A stretch of 63,378 nucleotides of DNA, the filler included, from Octopus bimaculoides (Eukaryota), in NCBI RefSeq assembly GCF_001194135.2. It is 6 parts of 6 records of this genome, joined end to end, with 100 filler letters (N's around TTAATTAATTAA, not from the genome) between each part and the next. Parts side by side here need not be neighbours in the genome. Positions count along the whole stretch, not along the records: positions 7,856 to 34,679 come from NC_068995.1; 5 more parts are not named here. One strand, given 5' to 3'. This document shows positions 9,929 to 22,039 of the stretch, one piece after another; the stretch's first letter is position 1; every line of letters starts with the position of its first letter. The notes beneath the pieces are model-generated. The model made no database searches. It had not been told where the DNA came from and saw only the letters and a list, made by a program, of their open reading frames with translations. Both the position numbers and the translations under genes were made by a program.

Positions 9929-10875
9929 AAGGATGGCAACAAAGTGCAGACGATTGGCTGGATGGATCCTGAGAACATTCAGAACCAGAGATAAGGAAAT
10001 CATGATGATCCTCTGGAGGACATTTGTCCTCAGCCGCGGTCACCCACCAGTGTGAAATTGAGAGCAGACCTTGAAGCAATCCAGAGAAGATTCACAAAGA
10101 AGATCGTCTCTTTGCCACTGCTCAGCTAATGGGAAAGGCTGAAACAGCTAAGACTCTACTCCCTGGAGAGAAGGCGGGAGAGGTATGCAGTAATATACAT
10201 CTGGAAGATCCTGGAAGGAATTGTGCCAAATTTTGGTATTGAAAACTACACCAATGCTAGAACGGGACGACACTGCATAGTGCCAAAGATCCCAGCAATG
10301 CCATCGCGCTTCAGGACCAGTTACTGCAACAGTTTGGGATTCAGGGGGCCACAGCTTTTTAATATTCTCCCAAAGAGCCTGAGGAACCTGCACAAAGTAG
10401 ATGTAGGGTTTTTTAAATCAAAGCTGGACCTCTTCCTGTCGAGAGTCCCAGATGAACTTACCTCGNNNNNNNNNNNNNNNNNNNNNNNNNNNNNNNNNNN
10501 NNNNNNNNNNNNNNNNNNNNNNNNNNNNNNNNNNNNNNNNNNNNNNNNNNNNNNNNNNNNNNNNNNNNNNNNNNNNNNNNNNNNNNNNNNNNNNNNNNNN
10601 NNNNNNNNNNNNNNNNNNNNNNNNNNNNNNNNNNNNNNNNNNNNNNNNNNNNNNNNNNNNNNNNNNNNNNNNNNNNNNNNNNNNNNNNNNNNNNNNNNNN
10701 NNNNNNNNNNNNNNNNNNNNNNNNNNNNNNNNNNNNNNNNNNNNNNGCAAATGAGAGTTGCTAAATCAAACTCCATTCTTCACCAAGTGCCACATATTGT
10801 AAGAGGCTCCCAGTAATAACAGTGTAGCAACACGGCGGTGCATCAGCATGGCCGCAGCTCTAAGCTGAAACTATA
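9929..10875 (+). mobile_element. 5'-truncated CR1/L2-clade LINE, RT C-terminus and 3' UTR
   Basis: MATKCRRLAGWILRTFRTRDKE..LWRTFVLSR, LEAIQRRFTKKI, WERLKQLRLYSLERRRERYAVIYIWKIL, GPQLFNILPKSLR, FKSKLDLFLSRVPD; frameshift and stop present; stop at 10814-10816. Confidence 0.9.
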
Positions 10876-11099
10876 ATAAAAAAAATATGTATATATGTAT
10901 ATATATATGTATACATATATGTATACATATATATATATGTATATATANNNNNNNNNNNNNNNNNNNNNNNNNNNNNNNNNNNNNNNNNNNNNNNNNNNNN
11001 NNNNNNNNNNNNNNNNNNNNNNNNNNNNNNNNNNNNNNNNNNNNNNNGCAGGTGGGAGAGATATGTAATAATATACATATGGAAAATACTGGAAGGAAT

Positions 11100-11262
11100 A
11101 AATATATGCCTTTCCCTTGGATAACATCGGTGGCATGGAGAGGGGAGGCTGGTATGCATGGGCCTTCCATAAACAACCTTGCCTGGACTTATGCCTCAGA
11201 GGGTCACTTTCTTGGTGGTTCCCATCGCCAGTCACGACAGAAAGGATCCATTACCCTTTTAT
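11100..11262 (+). mobile_element. Unclassified interspersed retroelement 3'-end repeat (second copy inverted at about 31205-31325)
   Basis: GGATAACATCGGTGGCATGGAGAGGGGAGGCTGGTATGCATGGG matches the reverse complement of 31259-31325. Confidence 0.7.
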
Positions 11263-11583
11263 TCACTCTATTGTAAATATTTGTTGATATGCTACTTAAT
11301 TTTACAGTTTATGAGTCTTGGAAACCTTAAAAATGTAAAGATGTTGCTTTCCTACTTGCTTTAACAAGCCCCAAATTTATCTTTCTTGACATTCTATGAA
11401 AAACCTGGCTGCCATAAAAAACCAATTGAGGAAATCGGTTATGCTTCATTCTAGACTGTTTTTTAAGCTGAAGGATAACTAGCTTTCAGACCTGGCTCTG
11501 TATATCTCATTGTGATTTCAAATTTAAGATCAGATTAGCTAACTCCATCACCACATAAACAAACTCTGCATATCATCACATAC

Positions 11584-11651
11584 CGCATGAAGTATAACTA
11601 TTATTACTAATCGAATAAATAAACCAACAAAAAGATAACCTGAATTCACAG
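11584..11651 (-). other. Candidate internal exon of an unidentified gene (68 nt)
   Basis: Acceptor atttactttctttcag, donor GCG|gtatgt; open frame (x)VNSGYLFVGLFIRLVIIVILHA is hydrophobic. No homology recognised. Confidence 0.3.
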
Positions 11652-12277
11652 CTGAAAGAAAGTAAATAATTCCAATGAAAAAAGCAAAAAAACAAAATGT
11701 AAGTGTAAATAATTTACAAAAGCAACAAAAAAACAACAACAAATAAACAAAACATATTAAAAATATAACAACATTCTTCCATTATTGGAAATTTGTCAAA
11801 TCACATAAAAAAATAAAATTAAAACAGGAAATATAAAAAGTTCCATGATTCCTTCATAAAAATTCAGTATTAATGTTGTGGAATTGGTTCTTTCTGGTAA
11901 ATTCCATTATTTTATAATATTTCGCTCATTAAAATAGAGAGAGAGAGAGAGAGAGAAAACAAAGTAGTGGGGAGTGGAAAAGAATGAATGAGGGATGGTT
12001 GGTGAGAAAGAAAAGAGAAAGAGAGAAAAATGTTATTCTATTTTAGAGATGTTATCTTTGGCTCACTAAATGTAGCCATTTTTATTTGATTTATGTTGAT
12101 TTCAGCTTTCTTTTCCAACTATTTGTGTGACTGTGTCGGGATGTGGAGTTTTTCAGATAGACATAAACTACTTCATTGGTTTCAAAGAGTACTGAATGAA
12201 TAATGCTTCAAGTTATGGAAGCCTTGTCAATTCCATTGATATTTAAGTATCTTTAAGGTATTTCCTGGTCTTGAGAA

Positions 12278-12314
<37 letters not shown>

Positions 12315-12926
12315 AATTAAACGAATGGTTTACACCTGGTAGCTTCCTGGTAAAGCATGGTCACTTTCACAGTGATTGTTATGTATATGGTAAATGAAAG
12401 ACAGAAGATGGAATACACTAGAATTTATTATTAACTTAATTTACAAACACCAAGTAGATAGCTAACTCGCTTTGTGATCATGAGCGCACCAAACCTCACA
12501 TGTGCGTATGCTCACATTTTTGCAGATGCTTGTTTGAGTGAGTGTACTCGTGCCATGCAGCTTGCCCGAGGACGTTTATACATCCATATTTGCTGAGTTA
12601 TTTTTAATACTTTTCTTGCTGGATTACCCACTCATTTATAAGGGACCCGACTCGCCTTCACTAGGGGACATTATTGATAGTCTTCTCTTTTCCTTCTCAT
12701 TCATATTTCCTTTCCACCACTTATCTCCCTTTCTTATGATTTTTTTTCCCCCTTCTATACATTCAGAGAAACTTATAGCTTACTACTGCTCCACTCCCAT
12801 GGATTAAGGACACTATCTCTCTTTGAAGTACTTCACCTGAAACGTCAGGGAATTCTTCTCACAAAGGCATATGAAATTAAAAAAACTATATTTTATCTAT
12901 CTCCATCTCTCATATGCGTGTATGTA

Positions 12927-12976
<50 letters not shown>

Positions 12977-14414
12977 CAAATATTTGTAAATGCATATAGC
13001 GACACACACACACATACACAAATGTAATTACTAATGTATAAATGTACATAATATTTATGCATAAACACATCCCTCTCATTTGTATATAAACTAATAGTCT
13101 TGTAACCATCAACATCATCATCAATAATAATATCACTACACACACACACACGTCCAGAAGTAGAAATAAGTTGTTGATTCAGGCCATTACAATTCAGCTT
13201 TTTGTTCCCTGCGATGGTCCAGGAGACAGAAATGAATTTTGGCTGTGATCACAGGAATTATTGCCTAAATTAATTTTCATTGACCAATAGAGGTCAGGTG
13301 AGTAGTAATAATGCTCTTTAGCAGGATTATCTCATCTGGGCTTGTCTAATCCTTGTTGTACAGAGAAAGATACTTTGATGGAAAGAGGAAGAGCAGCATT
13401 TTGAAGGAGTCAACAATCAGGATTTCATTTTATGGTGGGTAAACAGAGTATATTTCAGATTCTGAATGATCTGTGTGGTTGTGCCACAAAGTGCAATTTT
13501 TGGAATAGACATGAAGTGTTTCATTGGTGTGCCATGGTACTGCATCCACAATATTCTAAGTTAATGGAACAGTTTTGATTCCACTGTCCAGATATGTTGA
13601 GATGTCAAATCTATTTCTGATCCTAAATGAATGTATATGTTGATTGTATCTGACCTTAAATATGTTCACTGTTAGCTCTGTATAATTTCTGTCAATAAAA
13701 TCAGTGGAATGATTGCATGTAGTCAGAAAATCTGTTGATATTTAGATTGAGATCAATCCTGATTGAAGACATTTGTGGTGAAGGGCACTCCAACCATGAC
13801 TGTCCTGTCTTCCTGCATCCCTTAGGCATCTCCATTGTAATTTTTAAGGACTTGCGTAATCTGAGTGAGATTTAGTAGCTGTTTCTAGTTGTTACATAAG
13901 ATGTTTTGCATTTGAAATTGGCTCTACTATACAAAAGGACAACTGAGCCCATTGCATCAGAGGTCAGTTTGCTGTGGCTACAAATAAATACATGTTACAA
14001 GCAGCCTTACTGTACAGAGGTAGTCAGAGATTTATAGACTTTAAAACTAGTCTACATGTCGGTTAAATACTTTGATATTGCTTAGCTACAGGTAACAAGC
14101 TGCTCCTCCTCCTCCTGCTACTGCTGGTGCTACTACTACTACTGTTACTGCTGCTACTACTACTACTATTACTGCTACTACTATTACTACTGTTACTGCT
14201 GCTGCTACTACTACTACTGCGGCTACTGCTACTACTACTACTGCTACTACTACTACTGCTACTACTATTACTACCATATGTAACTAAATATATATAAATC
14301 CCTGTTGTAAATAAAATAACATGGGAATGAATGCTTCATAGAATCATAAAGTATGTTTGTGCGTATATATGCATGTGTATATATATATATATATATTCAT
14401 CATGTGTATATATA

Positions 14415-14447
<33 letters not shown>

Positions 14448-14851
14448 GAATATTGTGTATATGCATATATTTACTTATACATGTCATATATACACATACA
14501 CACACACACACACACACATATACACATACACACACACACTCACATACACATATGACACATCAAACACACTCATATATATAAGGAACTTTGCTGTGGATAA
14601 AAATTTTGAGCGTGGCCCAGAATTTAGTTTGAAAGTGATGTTAGTAATACAGTGAAGAGCATTTTAAAGTGTTTGTTAATGAAATGCAGTGAAATACGAG
14701 CAGTCACAATTGATGAGAACTCGATCAGGAGTTCAGTGTAATGAGGACCTTCTACTCATTCAATAGTGAACCTTTATTTGTCTCTACACTCTAAACAGAT
14801 CTAATACATTTCTTTCATTTATAGGGGGAATATGTAATAATAATAATAATG

Positions 14852-15345
14852 GATTTGATGTAACTATTTCCCATATTGTGAATGAATGCCCTTGACTTGC
14901 TCAAAACCAATATAACTTGTAGGGACACGATGAAGGCAGCGAAAGTGTTGCATTGGAAACTGTGTGAAAAGTGGGGGTTAGAGAGAGGCAGGAAGTGGTA
15001 TGAGAACAAACCACAGAGAATGGCAGTGTCGGAGACCTGCAAAATCCTGTAGGATTTCCCGATCCAAACAGACCAGGTGATTGAGCACAAGGCAAATCTA
15101 GTGGTGATGGGCAAAGTGAACCCCATGTGCTCTATAATTGATGCTGTGTGCCCATTTGACCCGTGAATAGTCAAGGAGGAAGACAAAAAGAAAAAAATAT
15201 ATAAAATAGCTTGACATTGGAAAATGAAAAAGATGAAGATTTGGGGCTTTGGGGCCAGTATCAAAAGGCATCAAGTGGAATATAAAGGAAAAAGGAATAG
15301 AATGCTCAGTAGAGCCTCATTGCACAAGAATAATCTGGAAAGTAT
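14852..15345 (+). mobile_element. R4/Dong-clade (restriction-like endonuclease) retrotransposon 3' remnant
   Basis: LHWKLCEKWGLERGRKWYENKPQRMAVSETCKIL*DFPIQTDQVIEH..NLVV..K....CSIIDAVCPFD; preceded by (TAA)n. Confidence 0.8.
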
Positions 15346-15489
15346 TAGTTGAAAAGAATAGATAACATGGTACCATAGGCTGCTGGTAGCAAGCCCATTA
15401 CGCATGCAAGACTCAAGGAGTTCTAACAATTAAAAGAAGAATGGTAATAAAAATAATGATTTCTAATTTTGGCACAAGAGGAGGGTGTT

Positions 15490-15620
15490 AATTCATTCAA
15501 TTCCTGTATTTGACTGGTACTTTATTTTATCAGGTTTTGGGAGATGAAAGGCAAAGCTGACCTCGGCAGGATTTGAATTTGGAACACAAAGAGCTGGAAT
15601 AAATACCACAAGCTGCACTA
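15490..15620 (-). mobile_element. SINE family B, CpG-decayed
   Basis: GATGAAAGGCAAAGCTGACCTCGGCAGGATTTGAA. Confidence 0.7.
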
Positions 15621-15825
15621 GGATCCATAGTCTGTTTTGGCTGGGTTTCTACAGCTGGATATGCTTCTTAATGCCAACCCCTTTACAAAGTGTACTGGGT
15701 GCTTCTTACATGCCACCAGCACCACTGTTTTATACATGGCACCAGCACCAGCACATTTTGCTTGGCATATTCTAAGAGCATAATATATAGTTTAATCATT
15801 ATACATATATAATACAAAAGAACCC

Positions 15826-15950
15826 TGCAGGGTGTGATAGTCAAAGAAACAGAAATAAAATCTGTTATAAATTTATTCTTTCTGTGCAGCCTAGTACCAA
15901 ATGATCCATGGCCTGGTACTGATCTGTGGCCCAGTGTTTGGGTACCCCTG
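15826..15950 (+). mobile_element. hAT-Charlie (MER1-like) non-autonomous element, right end
   Basis: GTACCAAATGATCCATGGCCTGGTACTGATCTGTGGCCCAGTGTTTGGGTACCCCTG resembles the reverse complement of the CAGGGGTCCCCAAC hAT TIR. Confidence 0.7.
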
Positions 15951-16089
15951 ATCTACCTGATTCTCTAATGACTCTAACAATTCACTGAACACATACACGC
16001 ACATACACACACACACAGTAATTACAACATGAATTAAACGACACAACCACTGTGTGGTCACAGATTATTATCAATGAGAAACTGCATAG

Positions 16090-16420
16090 TCTATTGTTTT
16101 TCAAATAGGAAGGATACATTGGATAATGTACCTCTAGATAAACTATGCCTGAAACAAAGACAAGACTGAAATTCCTTTGATCCTAAGAGTAAATAATTAC
16201 ACCTGAAGTCAACAATACAACAATAACAACTCTATGTAGTCATTTGCCTTGCTAGAAATAGCTACCAAATCTTCCACAAATCACATGATATAACCTTAAA
16301 TAAAAGAGACTTAGTGGATAATGCGGTTCAGATGCACTATGCCTGAAATTAAGATGGGATTGTCATGGCTGGAGCACTTTTGGACTTGGATCTGATCAGG
16401 TTTGACTTGAAGCTAAAGAC
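16090..16420 (-). repeat. Unclassified interspersed repeat family D, two tandem copies (others at about 13740-13890, 20680-20920, 28655-28720)
   Basis: Shared motifs CATTGGATAATG, GCTAGAAATAGC and CCAGCCATGAC across copies. Confidence 0.55.
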
Positions 16421-16671
16421 TATGACACACATCAGAAACATTCATCCAAACACAAACACTGGAAACATCTGCGACTCTTAGAACCTTCATCCTCACCCCT
16501 AACACACCCAGATACATCCTCCTCCACTTCATCTTTAGTCCCTATTCCCCAAGGTCTCCTCTGAATAGTTTCCCCACTAGGTGGAGTGCTTGTTTTTATG
16601 GTAGCTTTTGATTGACTGTAGCTTGTATAAATGGCTTCGCAGAATGGTGGATAGACTTTGGGTTTACTTAC

Positions 16672-16702
16672 ACACGAAATATCTCTCCTTGAAGGCACTG
16701 GT
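16672..16702 (-). other. Candidate micro-exon (31 nt) of an unidentified gene
   Basis: Acceptor ctgcattctttggtttcag, donor TGT|gtaagt; ACCAGTGCCTTCAAGGAGAGATATTTCGTGT = TSAFKERYFV+1 nt. Confidence 0.3.
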
Positions 16703-16839
16703 CTGAAACCAAAGAATGCAGAGCGAAACATGAATTAAGACATTGTGTTAGGGGCTGGGATGGGCTAGGGGCAATAATTTAAAATGGTTTCCCAGAGGAT
16801 AATTAGGCCCTTTGAGTGAGAGAGAAATTTCTTCCATTT

Positions 16840-16881
<42 letters not shown>

Positions 16882-17008
16882 CACTCACGCAAGACATTAC
16901 AAATAAGAATGGAGAATTATACATCCTCAAAAGCTTGTTTATTACAGTTTTATGTACTATACATTCACTTTAAATTTCAGTCCAACACATGTTTCTTTTC
17001 CATATATT

Positions 17009-17096
17009 TGTTATAAATTTATTCTTTCTGTGCAGCCTAGTACCAAATAATCCATGGCCTGGTACTAATCTGTGGCCCAGTGGTTGGGTACCCCTG
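17009..17096 (+). mobile_element. hAT-Charlie right end, second copy (local duplication)
   Basis: Near-identical to 15864-15950, including the downstream flank. Confidence 0.7.
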
Positions 17097-17640
17097 ATCT
17101 ACCTGACTCTCTAATGACTAACAATTCACTGAACACACACTAACTACATGAATTAAACGACACAACCACTGTGTAGTCCCACATTACTATCAATGAGAAG
17201 CTTCATCCAGTTGTATCCTGTTAATTCAATCACTGCATGGATACATATATATATATATACCTTGGATGAACTTATAATGTGATTGAAATAACAAGATGCA
17301 ACATCTTAGGACATCTATGCAATAGAAACACGTGTTGGACAAAGATTTAAAATAAATGTATTGCATATAATACTGCAAGACACAAGCTTTTGAGGATGTA
17401 TAATTCTGCATTCTTATTTTTAAAGTCTTGAATATATTCTTTGTATAATGTATAAATTCCAATGCGTAAAATACCAAGTAATTGTTTACCTTAAGCAATT
17501 TCCTGTAGTTCCATATTATTCAATGTGGTTACCCTGAACCTGGATTACCACTTGTAAGATACTTGCCCAGATTCAAAATTCCTATTATTTTATGTTTTAT
17601 ATATATATGTATTTATATGTTTATATATATATACATATAC

Positions 17641-17880
17641 TTTATTAATAAAGCTGCAAAGACATCACAAAAGCTGTTACTCAGAGTTTCACGTTCCTGT
17701 CAGTCAGTCAGTTTTGGTTGAGAATCTCAACTAAAACTGTCCAACGAATGGGAACGTGAAACTCTGAGTAACAGCTTTTGTGATGTCTTTGCAGCTTTCT
17801 TAATAAAACATATTACTCTATCTCTGGTATTTGAGTACTATTTTATCCCACCTGATTTCACATTTATGTGCTTACTCTGG
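17641..17880. mobile_element. Penelope-like pLTR fold-back with inverted hammerhead-like motifs
   Basis: Arms 17641-17697 / 17751-17807 plus an inner hairpin; contains CTGT CCAACGA ATG GGAA CGT GAAA CTCTGAGT A ACAG. Confidence 0.65.
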
Positions 17881-18399
17881 TATATATANNNNNNNNNNNN
17901 NNNNNNNNNNNNNNNNNNNNNNNNNNNNNNNNNNNNNNNNNNNNNNNNNNNNNNNNNNNNNNNNNNNNNNNNNNNNNNNNNNNNNNNNNNNNNNNNNNNN
18001 NNNNNNNNNNNNNNNNNNNNNNNNNNNNNNNNNNNNNNNNNNNNNNNNAGTTACACACACGTGTGTGTGTGTGATACTCTTTCATGGTCAGATATGATGC
18101 AATAGTGTTTAATATTCCTATGTCTTCTTCCCACCTCAATACATGTTCAGTAATCCTTTCTTTATATATGCTTGTCTATCAGTGATAATATAAAGAAAAA
18201 AAAAGAAAATAATGAAAACATGCAAAAGAACAGAAAAAAAAAGTATTCAAAATTAAAGAAGAAAACAATTAAAACAGCAGCTGGGACAGAAAGAGGGAAA
18301 ATATAAAAGGAAGAAGGTAAAAGAGGAGAAAACGTGACTATTATGGGTGTTCAGTTGGATCACATTGGGTGTCCAAGGTTTGCTCACACAACTTGCGGG

Positions 18400-18660
18400 C
18401 TCCAAAAAGCTAGCAAAAACCTCCTAAGATCTGCTCCACAAGCGCCATTCTGGAGTTAAGGATGCTCCCTGGTTCAAGCGAGTCTTTTAGGATTCTCATG
18501 TGTTCAGCTATGCATAACATGCAACGCTTTGTCCCATTGATGTAGGGGCCTGGGTTCTCAAGGATTTTCCATGAGATCAAGTATGGGATCCCATCATCTC
18601 TCAGCTGTCAGACGTGGCTGACCAGCGATGTTATGTATCTCCTTTCCAACTTGCATGTTG
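18400..18660 (-). mobile_element. Penelope-like element GIY-YIG endonuclease C-terminal remnant
   Basis: RRYITSLVSHV*QLRDDGIPYLISWKILENPGPYINGTKRCMLCIAEHMRILKDSLEPGSILNSR (W.IL...pY.ng.kRC.LC motif). Confidence 0.8.
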
Positions 18661-18689
18661 GGCCATATTTCATAGAGATGTGATTCTGT

Positions 18690-18953
18690 AAGGTGGCAGG
18701 TTGCAACCTTTTTGGACCCTGGTTCAGTTTCATGTCAGACAATTTTTCCACAGACCAGGGGATCACATGCATAACATGACATAATAAAGTGCATAAGACA
18801 TAATTTAATTATTTCACATATAATACATATATATTATGTAAATGATACATGCATAATGCAAAAAATGCTCTACAGATTGCGATTGTCAATGAAATAGAAA
18901 TAAAATTTTGAAGTATATTCTTTCTGTGTGGCTCCGAACCAAATGATCCATGG
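18690..18953 (+). mobile_element. hAT-Charlie (MER1-like) MITE, third copy with left end
   Basis: CAACCTTTTTGGACCCTGG...AGACAATTTTTCCACAGACC left end; TCTTTCTGTGTGGCTCCGAACCAAATGATCCATGG right end, truncated. Confidence 0.65.
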
Positions 18954-18968
18954 GAGAGAGAGAAAGAG

Positions 18969-19204
18969 AGAGTTATAAAACAGAGATCTAATGGATACAA
19001 ATTAATTTATTAATCAACATAACCAACAATTGTTTCATTTCTCAAATAAGATTAAAATTACAAAACATAAAAATATCCTTTTGCATTTTAAATACCTTAT
19101 AAGGTAATTTTAATCTTATTTGAGAAATGAAACAATTGTTGGTTAATATGTTGATTAATTAATAAATTAATTTGTATCCATTAGATCTCTCTGTTTTCTA
19201 ACTC
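18969..19204. repeat. AT-rich fold-back (arms of about 95 bp)
   Basis: 18969-19061 is the near-perfect reverse complement of 19104-19204. Confidence 0.9.
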
Positions 19205-19533
19205 AATACAAATGTTTGATATCTTATGATATTCTATATAATATATTCTTTGAAGGAAGGGTTATCTCTTAAATATCCCAATAAAAGGTTTAAACATCCT
19301 CATTGTAGGTTCAACCCATGCCAGCACGGACAACAGACGTTAGATGATGATGTAACACACATATATATATAACCATATAATGTATATATTTACGTGTACT
19401 TATGTATATATGTCTTATATATGTATACATATATATTATATGTTTATGTATGTATATAGTGTAAATGAAATGTACATATACACTTGTACATATATATATA
19501 ATATAAACACATTGATATATAATTGTGTGTATG

Positions 19534-19578
<45 letters not shown>

Positions 19579-20052
19579 TGTATGTATGAAGTATATATCT
19601 TTAGAATCTTCCCGAGTATGAATTCTTCACAATGAAAAATAATTGAATGATTTCATTATATATAGTTGTATGTGGGCGTGTATGCGTGCGTTTTGGGTGT
19701 ATGTGTGTATGTCCACGTGTATGTAGGTGTGAGCTCCTGTACATGTGTGTGAGTCGATGTATGTGTAGAAAGGATCGAATGGCAAATCTATAGAAAAATC
19801 ACTCAACCGAACAGATGTCACAGTTAAATGGACGTTATGGTCAAAGGGTTCTGGTTTTTAATTTTTACTTTCCTTTTACAGTATTACTGTTTTATTCATT
19901 TTTTGCTTTTTATTTGTCATATTTGGTATTTGTTTTATTTTATTTTAAAATTTTCAATACAAAAATAGAATCAATATATGAATTATATTAAAATGTGAAT
20001 TGAAATTTTGCTCTGAACTGAATAATAATAATAATAATAATAATACTAATAA

Positions 20053-20262
20053 TCCTTTCTACTATAAGCACAAGGCCTGAAATTTTTGGAGAGGGGACCA
20101 GTTGATTACATCAACCCCAGTGTTTCACTGCTACCTAATTTATTGACCCCCAAAAGGATGTAAGGCAAAGTTGACCCTGGCAGCATTTGAACTCAGAACA
20201 TGAAGATGAAGATCGTTAAGCATTTCACCCGATGTGCTAACGATTCTGCCAGCTTGCCACCT

Positions 20263-20330
<68 letters not shown>

Positions 20331-20547
20331 CCTTTCTAGTACAGGCACAAGACCTGAAATTTTTTTTGGGCGGGGGACTAGTTGATTACATCGACCCCAG
20401 TGTTTCACTGCTACCTAATTTATCGACCCTGAAAGGATTAAAGACAAAGTTGACCTCTGTGGAATTTGAACTCAGAATATAAGGACAGACGAAGTGCCAC
20501 TAAACATTTTGTCCACTGTGCTAATGATTCTGCCACCTCACCACCTT
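20053..20547 (-). mobile_element. Two head-to-tail SINE family B copies joined by (AAT)n
   Basis: ATCCTTTCTACTA...GCCACCTT units at 20053-20265 and 20331-20547; CpG-decayed. Confidence 0.85.
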
Positions 20548-21187
20548 ACTACTACTAATTTGGAAAGAACATTTGAATAAGTTGAGTGCTGAGTGTGTGT
20601 GTGTGTGTCTGCGCATGCATGTGTGTGTGTGTTTTGCTGTAGTTGGGTGATGTTTTGTGGAATAAGTATGATGCTGTTACTGTTGTTTAGCCCTAAGTCA
20701 ACTCTGACTAAGTAGACACATGATCAAAATATTTCAAAATATTTCAACCATGAATATTTCAAAATATTTCAAAATATTTCAGCCATGGACATCCGGTCTT
20801 TGTGCATTTCAAACTCCGTTATCTAATCTGTAATTCCCTTTTCAGAATGTAGAATGCCTTGTGAAGGAGATTTAACTGTTATTTCTAGCATAGCACAAGG
20901 ACACATAGATGATACCTGGCCTCTGCCTTGTTATACGGATGTATTATGGCTGAGGGATGTCATAGTTATGGAGTTTTGAATCAGAGAAAATCTTTGCCTG
21001 TTATTTCCACTCAAGAGGATTAATTATAATGGTTAAGGGATAATTTCTAGTAAATAAAAATCTCAGTAATTATATTTTAACAATTTAATTACAAAATATA
21101 ATTATTTAATTATATTTGTACTAGGATAAAAAAGCACCACACTCTGTCCTTTCCTTCTTTCTTCCTCTCTTACCTTCTCTCCCCTTT

Positions 21188-21255
<68 letters not shown>

Positions 21256-21999
21256 AATAAATTTATATGTATGTGTATATATGTCTGAACATACACTCAA
21301 AGACATATTTGATACCTCAAGTCTCAATCTCTGTATTCATATATATTTACATACATGCACACATTCATATACAAAGACACACAAACACACTCATTTGCAC
21401 ATACACACATATATACACAAATATACACAAATATTCAGATAATAATTTGGTTTGAGGATCCTCTCAAAAAACTATTTGTCTATAAATATTAAGTTGTATT
21501 CTTGAGGGGGGGGGGGAGAAAGAGAGAGAGAGAGATGTGTTTGATGTTTCATACGTAAATATATGTGATCATCAGTAGAACGAACAGAAATTTGGAAGGG
21601 ATTAAAGATGATTCAATCTTGGTGAAACAAACACTTTGCTTGCTTCCTTTACTTTTTTCTTTTGTTTTGTTTTTACTTATGTACACACACTATATGCAGA
21701 CATATATATATATATATATANNNNNNNNNNNNNNNNNNNNNNNNNNNNNNNNNNNNNNNNNNNNNNNNNNNNNNNNNNNNNNNNNNNNNNNNNNNNNNNN
21801 NNNNNNNNNNNNNNNNNNNNNNNNNNNNNNNNNNNNNNNNNNNNNNNNNNNNNNNNNNNNNNNNNNNNNNNNNNNNNNNNNNNNNNNNNNNNNNNNNNNN
21901 NNNNNNNNNNNNNNNNNNNNNNNNNNNNNNNNNNNNNNNNNNNNNNNNNNNNNNNNNNNNNNNNNNNNNNNNNNNNNNNNNNNNNNNNNNNNNNNNNNN

Positions 22000-22039
<40 letters not shown>

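Noticed and set aside
9126-10055. 309-aa ORF (MFVRSYV...)
   Set aside because: Translation of the TTCG/TACG satellite running into a LINE fragment.
12817-12850. CTCT-CTTTGA-AG..CT-GAAACGTC-AGGG
   Set aside because: Stem I and GAAACGUC are present but the 5' core is broken; counted only as a degenerate hammerhead.
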